Assembly (NCBI GenBank): GCA_913050195.1
Contig: CAJXBJ010000001.1
Coordinates: 2,916-66,915, forward strand
Origin: an uncultured Saprospirales bacterium
Lineage (GTDB): Bacteria; Bacteroidota; Bacteroidia; Chitinophagales; CAJXBJ01
Reading direction: 5' to 3'
Length of the DNA: 64,000 bases
Shown here: in pieces, positions 21,528-30,355 of the stretch
How positions within the stretch are numbered: position 1 is the stretch's first letter
Layout: each line of letters starts with the position of its first letter
Made by a program: the position numbers and the translations under genes
The notes under the pieces: generated by a model
What the model saw: the letters and a program-made list of their open reading frames with translations, nothing else
Database searches by the model: none
What the model was told of the DNA's origin: nothing

Positions 21528-23891
21528 TTAAAATTTAAAACCCCAGCTAACAGACGGCAAAAATGGAAATAAGCTCACTCTTTTTAAGGCTCTATTATTA
21601 TTCCTATCATAGCCAAAATAGTAGTAAAATGGATTCTGTCGATTATAGGCATTATATACACCAAATGACCACGTTCGCTCTCCCCATTTTGTCTTTTTAG
21701 CATTTTTAAATCCTACATCTAAACGATGATATGAGGCCATTCGAAAACTATTTTTTTCATCATAATGCTCTATCTCCGTTGGATAAATATAGCCATAACC
21801 ATCATTGTTCGGCAATCCTAAATACCTTTCTATCGGCAAGGTTAAAGCATTGCCAGTGCCATATACCCATGTCATTGAAAAATCCCAAAGCGAATCTATC
21901 TTTTGCGTAAAAACAAAAGACAAATCATGCCGACGATCATACTTATATGGAAAAGATTTACCAAAATTCAAATTGTCAAAGTGGCGGTCTGTAAATGACA
22001 ATGTATAGCCAACCCATCCTTGAGTTCTTCCCGTTTTTTTATGAACAAATATTTCGACACCATAGGACGTCCCCTTTCCACTTTCAACTTTATCGTACCA
22101 TTTAGTTTCAGAACCTAGAAAACTTGCGCCATCCTTATATTCAATAAGCCCATCCATCCATTTGTAATATCCTTCTATAGAAAATAAGTACCTATTATTG
22201 AGTGTTTTTGCAATACCAAGCGCTATTTGATCAGACTTTTGAGGCTTTATATTCTGAGTGACTGGAACCCATAAATCAGTTGGCAAACCAACACCGCCAT
22301 TTGTCAATAAATGAATGTATTGCTGCATATTAGCATAGGAGCCTTTTAATGCCCAGTCACCCCACATCAAATAACGCAATGAAATTCGAGGCTGTGGCAT
22401 TGCATAAAATGTATTTTCAACTTGAAAGCCTGAAAGATGAAGTCCGATATTTGCTTTAAATCTATCTGATAATTTCCAGTCATCTTCAACATACAAAGCC
22501 ATTTCGTGTGCATGAACATTATCTGCGCCAGATGTACTGTCTATATTTGTAACACCCGTTACTTCTAATTGATAAGAGGTAGCACCCGGCTTAAAGGTGT
22601 GGTATGTATAATGCGCCCCAAACTTAACATAGTGATTAGGACTGGGCAAATAGTCAAAATCAAGCTTAACTGCCCAATCATCAATACCTGATAAGTATTC
22701 AACACCCATTATATTTCTAAGCACGCCGGTATCCGATGTTTGGATAGTTTCCTGATAATTACGCACATTAAAATCATAATGACTATAGGTTGCAGTAAGA
22801 TTACTGAAAAGCTTATTACTAAATTGATGATTCCAACGAAAAGCACTCGTTATGTTACCCCACGCTAAATGAGCATCATTTTTTTCTTCATATAGCACCC
22901 CATCATATAAATAAGAATATGGACGCATTTTATAATAGAACTTATCATCTCCCATGTAAGCACTCAAATAAATTCGATCTCTATCTGAGAACTTATAATT
23001 CAGCTTAGCATTTAAATCATAGAAATAATAGCCGGTACTAACATCTTCTCCACCTGAGGAGGCTGCCCTTATTAAGGGCTGAGCTAAAATATCAATATAG
23101 GTTCTTCTTGCTGATACTATAAACGAACTTTTATCTTTTATAATTGGACCTTCCAAGGTTAATTTGGATGCAATAGCTCCTATAGAGCCTTCCCCTCTAA
23201 TCTTTTTCATATTGCCTTCCTTCATATTTATCTCCATAACGGAAGAAAGCCTTCCTCCATAACGTGCTGGGAAGCCACCTTTTATAAGTTTTATATTATT
23301 TATAGCATCGGCATTAAACACGGAAAAGAAACCAAACAAGTGAGAAACATTGTAAACTGGCGTACCATCCAAAAGAATTAGATTTTGATCCGGGCCTCCA
23401 CCTCTAACATAGATACCACTTCCTCCTTCCGTACCTGACTGGACCCCAGGGAGCATTTGTACAGCCTTTAAAACATCAACCTCACCCAATAAAGCAGGCA
23501 AAGCTTTAATTTGCTCTACGGGCATATTAACAATACTCATTTGAGACTCCTGCTCAATACGCTCAATACGTTCTGCACTAACCTCAACTTCTTTAAGATT
23601 TAGAGCTTCCTCCATTTCAATATTTATGGCTGTATCTTTAGCATTTTCAAAGACAAAGAGCTTCGACTCATAGCCTACATAAGAAAATCTCAGATTAACC
23701 CTTCCCTTTGGAATAGTTAAACTAAAAAAACCATAGGTATTACTAACTGTACCTAATTTAGACTGTTCATCAAAAACTGAAGCACCAATAAGCTTTTCTC
23801 CAGACTCTTTTGATGATAAATACCCGCTAATAGTAAATTGCTGAGCATTTAAAATAGAAGCTAAAAAACTAAGTATAACAAGTATTCTCAT
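21528..23891 (-). CDS. TonB-dependent receptor with N-terminal carboxypeptidase-regulatory-like domain
   Basis: Signal peptide, then ISGYLSSKESGEKLIGASVF...YVGYE (CarboxypepD_reg-like), plug motifs (LPGVQSGTEGGSGIYVRGGGPDQNLILLDG) and a barrel ending SWGFKF. Confidence 0.9.
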   Translation of the reverse strand: MRILVILSFLASILNAQQFTISGYLSSKESGEKLIGASVFDEQSKLGTVSNTYGFFSLTIPKGRVNLRFSYVGYESKLFVFENAKDTAINIEMEEALNLKEVEVSAERIERIEQESQMSIVNMPVEQIKALPALLGEVDVLKAVQMLPGVQSGTEGGSGIYVRGGGPDQNLILLDGTPVYNVSHLFGFFSVFNADAINNIKLIKGGFPARYGGRLSSVMEINMKEGNMKKIRGEGSIGAIASKLTLEGPIIKDKSSFIVSARRTYIDILAQPLIRAASSGGEDVSTGYYFYDLNAKLNYKFSDRDRIYLSAYMGDDKFYYKMRPYSYLYDGVLYEEKNDAHLAWGNITSAFRWNHQFSNKLFSNLTATYSHYDFNVRNYQETIQTSDTGVLRNIMGVEYLSGIDDWAVKLDFDYLPSPNHYVKFGAHYTYHTFKPGATSYQLEVTGVTNIDSTSGADNVHAHEMALYVEDDWKLSDRFKANIGLHLSGFQVENTFYAMPQPRISLRYLMWGDWALKGSYANMQQYIHLLTNGGVGLPTDLWVPVTQNIKPQKSDQIALGIAKTLNNRYLFSIEGYYKWMDGLIEYKDGASFLGSETKWYDKVESGKGTSYGVEIFVHKKTGRTQGWVGYTLSFTDRHFDNLNFGKSFPYKYDRRHDLSFVFTQKIDSLWDFSMTWVYGTGNALTLPIERYLGLPNNDGYGYIYPTEIEHYDEKNSFRMASYHRLDVGFKNAKKTKWGERTWSFGVYNAYNRQNPFYYYFGYDRNNNRALKRVSLFPFLPSVSWGFKF

Positions 23892-24088
23892 AGACTAAAA
23901 GAGCCCAAATATAGGAATAATTTCAGCTTGAAAATCAACTATTTAATCATAAACACAAGTGATAAACTAAGGATTACAGACACCGATTTTACTACCTTGA
24001 TTTAACGCTTTAGATTAGGTATTAACTGAATCACAAAGGCCAACTCTTCAGAGACAACAATTTCAGTGTAGTAATACTAGAATAAAGA

Positions 24089-24406
24089 TTACTCAGAAAC
24101 TACTGAATAGATTATAAAGACCATTAAGGCAATAATTGACCCCCAATACATTCTAATAAAAATATTCAAGGTCATAATTAATCTTTTAAGCTCTTTATGA
24201 CGGGTCCTAACATTAATTGCTGAAGGCACAAGCAGAAAGGATAGTTTTTCCATTTCTGTCTTTTTCACATCTGTCCGATTTCTTGTTTTAGCTACCTTTT
24301 GCTTTAAATATATGTACTCATTATAAACCTTATACATGCAAAATACAAGTATTGCCAAATATGTAAAAAAGGCCAAAAAAAGAATATGTATCCAAGCTAA
24401 ATTCAC
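24089..24406 (-). CDS. Small two-TM membrane protein, unknown function
   Basis: 105-aa ORF with a GTG start. Hydrophobic helices sit at both ends around a basic loop. It lies 95 nt downstream of, and co-directional with, the MORN/TPR gene. No recognisable motif. Confidence 0.4.
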   Translation of the reverse strand: MNLAWIHILFLAFFTYLAILVFCMYKVYNEYIYLKQKVAKTRNRTDVKKTEMEKLSFLLVPSAINVRTRHKELKRLIMTLNIFIRMYWGSIIALMVFIIYSVVSE

Positions 24407-24501
24407 CTCAAAAACTTCCTAAAGTTCTTAAACTTGAGTGAAAAATATAATCACTGCGAACAAAAAAATAAGTATTCTAAAAAACTTCATTATTTAATTT
24501 T

Positions 24502-26685
24502 TTAATCTCTGCAATACCGATATAAAGAATTCTTAACTTCTTTTACGCCCATTTTGTAAGCATGTTTCCAATCATCACATGCACCTTCATAATCTTTGAT
24601 AAGCGCTTTACTCACTCCTCGAAGATGAAAGGCAGATTCATGATATGGATTTAACTGAATGGCTTTATCATAATCCCTTATTGACGCTTCAAAGTCTTTA
24701 AGCTTACCTTTAGCATAGCCTCTTAAATAATACATTTGCGCATCATTAGGATTAATTGAAATAGCTTTATTATAATCACTAATTGCCCCATTAAAATCTT
24801 CATTTGCAAATTTAATATCTCCTCTACGTAAATAAATAACTCCCTTGTCAATTTGTGAATTATAATGCACCATCGAGTCAATATCCATCTCTAAAATCTT
24901 ATTAAAATCAGATAATGCTGATACCTCATTTTTAACAAAGTAGAGTTTAATTAATGCTCTATCATAAATAGCCTTAGCATCATATGGTTTTAATCGAATA
25001 GCTTTATTGTAATCTTTTATAGCCTCCAAATGATTATTAAACACATAAGACTGAGCATGGCCTCTGAATTTATATACTATCGGATCCTGGGGATCAAGCA
25101 TTATCGCCTTATTGTAATCTTCCATCCCTAGACTATATTGCTTCAAAAAAATCCAATTCAACCCTCTAAACTTATAGGCTTCCGCACTTTCTTTGTTATA
25201 AACTAAAACTGAGTCATAATCATCAATAGCTCCTTTATAATCATACATTTTTGTTTTTGAGTGCCCCCTGAATAAATAAGCATTTGTATACATGGGGTTA
25301 AGCACTAAAACAGAGTCAAAGTCTACTAAGGCCTCTTCATAGCACTCACCTTGAAAACGAGCTTTACCCCGATTAAAAAAGAAATAAACATCGCCAGGAT
25401 CCAGAGAAATCGCCTTTGTAAAATATTCCAACGCTCTTCCCAAGTCGCCATTTTCTAAACTATCTTCTCCTTGAGCAAAATAATCAAAGGGCTCTAATTC
25501 AGCACCATCAATAAATTCTCTCCAACCCTTTTGAATTTCACCCTCTTCATACACTCTAAAAAGTTGCAAGTTAGACAAGGAGTCATATAGACGACATGTA
25601 TCTATTTCACGACCATTTTTATAATTACACTCTCGTTTAAGCAAGCCATCTTCATACCACCATTGCCATCTACTATTATGACGACCCTCCTGATATATCC
25701 CTTCTTTTTGTAGCTGTCCATTTTCATAATAAGCCTTAAACATCCCTTGACGTTCACCTCTAACAATTGTACCTTCTTCTTGAAGTTGTCCATTCTCATA
25801 CCAAATAGAGTATGGACCTTGAGGAATATCTTCCTTAAAATATTCTTTTCGACTTTGAGTTCCATCTTCAAACCAATAAAGCCACTCCCCTTCTTTCTTA
25901 TTATTTAGATAATCTCCAAATTTCATCTTTTGCCCATCAGAATACCAATATGTCCATGAGCCATGCTTTACTCCATTAACAAAAGGACCTTCTTTTTGAA
26001 TTTCACCAGATGAATTATAGTACACCCAAATACTGTCTTTTCTATCCTCTACAAAGTTACCTTCTTCCAAAACACCTCCCCCTTCATCATAGTATATCCA
26101 ATGACCTGTCTTATAACCCATTTCAAATTGGCCCAACTCTTTTTTATTGCCATTTGGATGCCATGATTCCCATTTACCAGTTCCTTCAACAATGCTAGCC
26201 CCACCTATAAAAACCCCAAGAGAGTCATAAACATTTACATCACCAAAATAACGATTAGCCTTAAAACTCGCCTCCATCTTTAGTTGCTTATTAGGGTGCC
26301 ACCATTTCCAATTGCCCTCTCTCTTAGATGCCTTATACACCCCTTGAGACGCCTTTACACCATTTAAATGATATTCAAATTGCTTGCCCTCTAAAAAATT
26401 GGCTTTGTAGATATATTTTGCCTTAGCCCGTCCATTATCATACCAATGTCTTTCTAGACCAGACTTAAGACCTTCTTTAAAGCTATATTGAATAGACATC
26501 TGACCATTATCAAAATAAGTTGTAGCTATTCCACTAAATGGCACAGAACTATAATACTGTTTACCATTAACTTCTTTTAGCTCATAAAAAGAAACCTCTT
26601 TTTGACCAAAAATGGCATCTATAAAGAAGTTAAAAAAACAAAAAAAGATAACAAGCCTAAAATGCATGCACCTTCTTCTACGCAT
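24502..26685 (-). CDS. MORN-repeat-variant (YwqK-like) + TPR repeat protein, secreted
   Basis: The N-terminal half carries more than 10 repeats of the W(Y/W)xNGQxxxEGxY type (e.g. WYENGQLQEEG, YYENGQLQKEG). The C-terminal half carries about 8 TPR units (AIxDYNKAIxLxP). The start may instead be the ATG at 26667 (MHFRLVIFFCFF signal). Confidence 0.8.
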   Translation of the reverse strand: MRRRRCMHFRLVIFFCFFNFFIDAIFGQKEVSFYELKEVNGKQYYSSVPFSGIATTYFDNGQMSIQYSFKEGLKSGLERHWYDNGRAKAKYIYKANFLEGKQFEYHLNGVKASQGVYKASKREGNWKWWHPNKQLKMEASFKANRYFGDVNVYDSLGVFIGGASIVEGTGKWESWHPNGNKKELGQFEMGYKTGHWIYYDEGGGVLEEGNFVEDRKDSIWVYYNSSGEIQKEGPFVNGVKHGSWTYWYSDGQKMKFGDYLNNKKEGEWLYWFEDGTQSRKEYFKEDIPQGPYSIWYENGQLQEEGTIVRGERQGMFKAYYENGQLQKEGIYQEGRHNSRWQWWYEDGLLKRECNYKNGREIDTCRLYDSLSNLQLFRVYEEGEIQKGWREFIDGAELEPFDYFAQGEDSLENGDLGRALEYFTKAISLDPGDVYFFFNRGKARFQGECYEEALVDFDSVLVLNPMYTNAYLFRGHSKTKMYDYKGAIDDYDSVLVYNKESAEAYKFRGLNWIFLKQYSLGMEDYNKAIMLDPQDPIVYKFRGHAQSYVFNNHLEAIKDYNKAIRLKPYDAKAIYDRALIKLYFVKNEVSALSDFNKILEMDIDSMVHYNSQIDKGVIYLRRGDIKFANEDFNGAISDYNKAISINPNDAQMYYLRGYAKGKLKDFEASIRDYDKAIQLNPYHESAFHLRGVSKALIKDYEGACDDWKHAYKMGVKEVKNSLYRYCRD

Positions 26686-26810
26686 CTATCTAGTGTAGGT
26701 TTCAAATTAACAATTATTCAAATAAGTCTTGTTTTCATTAAAAAGTATTCAAATATAGACTTGTTTCACGCCCTATATTTCATTATATTTGAAAGAGACG
26801 TGATTATTTT

Positions 26811-27572
26811 ATGAATCTAGGACTTAAAAATATAGCCCTAATATTAGTTCTGCTTTGTACAGGTGTAGCTATTGCAGCGGATCCACCAACAGAAACAGAT
26901 AAACCTAAAAAGGAAAGTCGTTCTGTAAGTGCTATGGATCATTTTGAATCACATGTAAAGAGCCTTTTTTATGATTGTGGATTATTAAATCAGATGAGCT
27001 ACCGACTATTTAAAAAGGCGGTTATAGGTTATTATAATATGAAGCGTGAAAATCTATTATCTGGTCATTTATTGACGGTTATAGATTTTAGACAAGCATC
27101 TAACCAAGAAAGACTATACATTATAGATATGGAAGAAAGAAAGCTTATCAGACGTAGTTTAGTGGCCCATGGCAAAAACAGTGGCGGGAAATATCCAGTT
27201 AGCTTTTCTAACACTCCTGAATCAAATAAAAGTAGTATTGGCTTTTATGTTACGGCCGAAACCTATTATGGCGAAAATGGACTTTCTTTAAAGATCGACG
27301 GCAAAGACTTTCCGTTTAATACTAATGTCCGTAAACGCCACATTGTAATTCATGGCAGTGACTATGTAAGTCAAGAAGAAATAGAGAAACAAGGTTTCAT
27401 CGGTCAAAGCGAAGGATGTCCGGCCTTACCCTGGAATAACTATAAAGAAATAATAAACACCATTAAAGGAGGGCACTGCTTATTTATTTATTCAAGCGAC
27501 CCACTGTATCAAAACTATTCTGCCTTTATGAACTTTAAAGGTGCTCTAAGCTATTACATTAGCTCTCTTTAA
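26811..27572 (+). CDS. L,D-transpeptidase catalytic-domain-like (YkuD_2-type) protein
   Basis: Signal peptide. The C-terminal motif IVIHGSDYV...GQSEGCPALP resembles the His...Cys active site of L,D-transpeptidase-like proteins. Confidence 0.7.
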   Translation: MNLGLKNIALILVLLCTGVAIAADPPTETDKPKKESRSVSAMDHFESHVKSLFYDCGLLNQMSYRLFKKAVIGYYNMKRENLLSGHLLTVIDFRQASNQERLYIIDMEERKLIRRSLVAHGKNSGGKYPVSFSNTPESNKSSIGFYVTAETYYGENGLSLKIDGKDFPFNTNVRKRHIVIHGSDYVSQEEIEKQGFIGQSEGCPALPWNNYKEIINTIKGGHCLFIYSSDPLYQNYSAFMNFKGALSYYISSL

Positions 27573-30346
27573 TTTTGCAAATCATAGGTCCAACTCACAT
27601 AAAAGAGTCGACCGACACGTGGACCACCATAGGCTTCAATATGTATATTATTTAACAAGTTTGAGGCCCCTATCTTTAAAGCCGAGTTCCATTCTGGCAT
27701 TGAATATCTTACTTGGGCATCCAAAAGGGCATAAGAGGGCACAAAACCATCTGCAAATGGACTTTCCCATATGAATCCTTGACACCATTTGTAATTAAAA
27801 CCAAAACCCCATTGCTCATATATATCTTTAGCTTCAACACCAAAATTCAATTTATGCTTTGGTGTATTAAATCCTGGTATAATTGGATCTTCAAGCGCGG
27901 CTGTATCCATTTCGCTGTAAGTAAAATTAGCCTTTGCACTCCAATGACGGTTAAAATAATAAGCTAATCCAACAGTTGCACCATAGGAAAGCACATTCTC
28001 TCTTGCATTAACAGGGAACTGATATAATTGATAGTTTATCTGATCATCTGAATGGGTTAAAATAGCATCCATACCACTTTCTTCGCCAGCAACAGCATCA
28101 CCCAATAACTTGTAACCTCTTACATCTCCAATAAAATTCTTGTAAATATTATAGTATGCAGTCAAATCCAAATAAAATCCATCATCTAAAATACCCCTGT
28201 AACCAAGCTCAAATGATTGTACTTGCTCTGGCTTTACTGGGTCAATAGTTAGTGTCTCCAACAAACCACCATCAATAGAATAGTTTTCATCATAATTGGA
28301 CCTAAACTCCTGTACAGAAGCGTAGGAATACATATTACCAACACCATTCAGGTTTCCCGATAATATAATGGGACCTATATCTAGCATTAAGTATTGATTC
28401 TGCAAAGTTGGACTTCTAAATGCCTGTTGCAGTGATGCACGAAAATTATGCTCATTATGCGTTAAAACCAAAGACATTCTTGGAGAATATTGCCAATCAT
28501 AATTTTTACTTTTATCAGCTCGCATTGAAACAATAAGCTTGAGTTTATCATTAAAAAATTGATTAGTCAGCTGTACATATCCTCCTGCCTCATAAGTAGA
28601 AATATCAAAAAAGGGTGCAGAAGGATTCGGTTGACCATCACTCAAAGTGTCCGCGGAACTTAATAAGGTATCAGAGAAAATAGTCCCAAAGGAACGCGGC
28701 CTATATAATCTATAAGCTCCACCAATAATCAAATCACCTAATGACAAACTTGTATTATATTGTCCTTCAAGGTGATGCAAAGCTGATTTGTCCAAAAACT
28801 TAGAGCCTGATTGAAGATCTGGATCATTAATAATTGTATTATAGGCTGAATCATACACGGCTGTTCCTTTTTGGTACCAAGCCTGCTCTGCTGCAATAGC
28901 AGCCATTTTATGTGCACTATCAACTGCCCAAATCTGAGGTGATGAACCAAACTCATTTGTTAAATCACTCAGGGTTGAAAAATATTCTCCCATATATTCG
29001 GAGACATAATTATTAGCCGCTCCTTTGCTTAAATTAATACCAGTAAAAACAAGATCATAGGAGTCTCCAGCATTTTCTAGTGTCGAATAAGCCTTTACAT
29101 TTAACTTTTTGCTTTGCAATTCAATCTTATGCTGAAGTGCTGTTATATTTTTTATAGCATATCGATTAGAGCCTTGATAAACAGCACTCCCCTGTCCAGC
29201 CTTGGTCATGTATGAGAGCTGTAATGAATCAGAAAACTTATAATACATAGCCGCAGATGCTTTTATACTTTCCACTCTATTATTTCCTAGCTCAGACTCC
29301 ATATAACCTGGAGCATTTACTTGGATTTCACCCGGTTGAGCCAAAGGATAAAACCACATATAAGTATTAAGAGACGCATATTTATCTCGGTCTTCAGCAC
29401 TTAAACTCTGGTCATGCTGTAATTGACTTGTAATCTCCGTTAAATTTACGTCAATAGCTAAGTCACCATATCTATTTAAACTAGTATCATCTGCTATCCA
29501 ATCTGTTGCTGACATATAGCCTGCTGTAATTTTATAAGCAAAGCGATTATTTTCTCCTATTTTTTTTGCGAATCTAAATTGTGCTTCACTAAGCGAATTA
29601 GAGCCACCTTTAACTAAAGCACTTAATCCAGGGTAACGAAATGGATCTTTTGTCGTCATATTTACAACGCCCTGAAAGGCATTAGCTCCGTATAACGCCG
29701 AAGCCGCTCCAGAAATAACTTCTATGCTTTGTAAATCCATCTCCATTGCGCCAATTAAATTACCTATCGGGAAGTTTAATCCAGGAGCCTGATTATCCAT
29801 ACCATCTATAAATTGAACTGAACGCACAGGAGATGTAGAATTAAACCCCCTTGTATTAAAGGATTTAAAGCCCATACTAGAGGTAACGATATCCACACCA
29901 CTTAGATTAGAAAGGCTTTGATAAAAATCTCCTGATGATGAATTTTGAATCTCCAATGCACTTACTTTTTGAATGGCTACTGGAGCCTGCATTAAACTTT
30001 CACTTTTTCTTGATGCTGAGACAACCACTTCTTTTGCATACACGCCAAGAGCTTCCAAATAGAAGTCATAATTTTTAACTCCCTTAGATATCGCTACCTT
30101 TTGCACATTGTATCCAACATAAGAAACACTAAGTGTAATACTTGCCTTTGCTCCAAAATCCAAGCTGATATTATATTTTCCATTGATATCCGCACTAACG
30201 CCTTTCTGGGTACCTTCAATTATGATCGTTGCAAATGCTAAGGCTTCTTTAGTTTTTGCATCAAATATTTGACCTTCTATTGCATCCGTCTGTGCCATAC
30301 ATATAAATGATGAAAGCAGACCTATTGATAAAATTAAAAACCTCAT
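27569..30346 (-). CDS. TonB-dependent receptor (last gene of the metalloregulator/T9SS unit)
   Basis: Signal peptide, then IEGQIFDAKTKEALAFATIII...YVGYN (CarboxypepD_reg-like), a plug (FNTRGFNSTSPVRSVQFIDGMD) and a barrel ending FYVSWTYDLQN. It starts 9 nt after the upstream gene. Confidence 0.88.
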   Translation of the reverse strand: MRFLILSIGLLSSFICMAQTDAIEGQIFDAKTKEALAFATIIIEGTQKGVSADINGKYNISLDFGAKASITLSVSYVGYNVQKVAISKGVKNYDFYLEALGVYAKEVVVSASRKSESLMQAPVAIQKVSALEIQNSSSGDFYQSLSNLSGVDIVTSSMGFKSFNTRGFNSTSPVRSVQFIDGMDNQAPGLNFPIGNLIGAMEMDLQSIEVISGAASALYGANAFQGVVNMTTKDPFRYPGLSALVKGGSNSLSEAQFRFAKKIGENNRFAYKITAGYMSATDWIADDTSLNRYGDLAIDVNLTEITSQLQHDQSLSAEDRDKYASLNTYMWFYPLAQPGEIQVNAPGYMESELGNNRVESIKASAAMYYKFSDSLQLSYMTKAGQGSAVYQGSNRYAIKNITALQHKIELQSKKLNVKAYSTLENAGDSYDLVFTGINLSKGAANNYVSEYMGEYFSTLSDLTNEFGSSPQIWAVDSAHKMAAIAAEQAWYQKGTAVYDSAYNTIINDPDLQSGSKFLDKSALHHLEGQYNTSLSLGDLIIGGAYRLYRPRSFGTIFSDTLLSSADTLSDGQPNPSAPFFDISTYEAGGYVQLTNQFFNDKLKLIVSMRADKSKNYDWQYSPRMSLVLTHNEHNFRASLQQAFRSPTLQNQYLMLDIGPIILSGNLNGVGNMYSYASVQEFRSNYDENYSIDGGLLETLTIDPVKPEQVQSFELGYRGILDDGFYLDLTAYYNIYKNFIGDVRGYKLLGDAVAGEESGMDAILTHSDDQINYQLYQFPVNARENVLSYGATVGLAYYFNRHWSAKANFTYSEMDTAALEDPIIPGFNTPKHKLNFGVEAKDIYEQWGFGFNYKWCQGFIWESPFADGFVPSYALLDAQVRYSMPEWNSALKIGASNLLNNIHIEAYGGPRVGRLFYVSWTYDLQN

Positions 30347-30355
30347 ACCTAACCT

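Noticed and set aside
26602-26814. 70-aa plus-strand ORF spanning the divergent promoter gap between the MORN/TPR gene and the L,D-transpeptidase-like gene
   Set aside because: It overlaps the 5' end of the MORN/TPR CDS in antisense and then reads through promoter DNA. There is no supporting motif.
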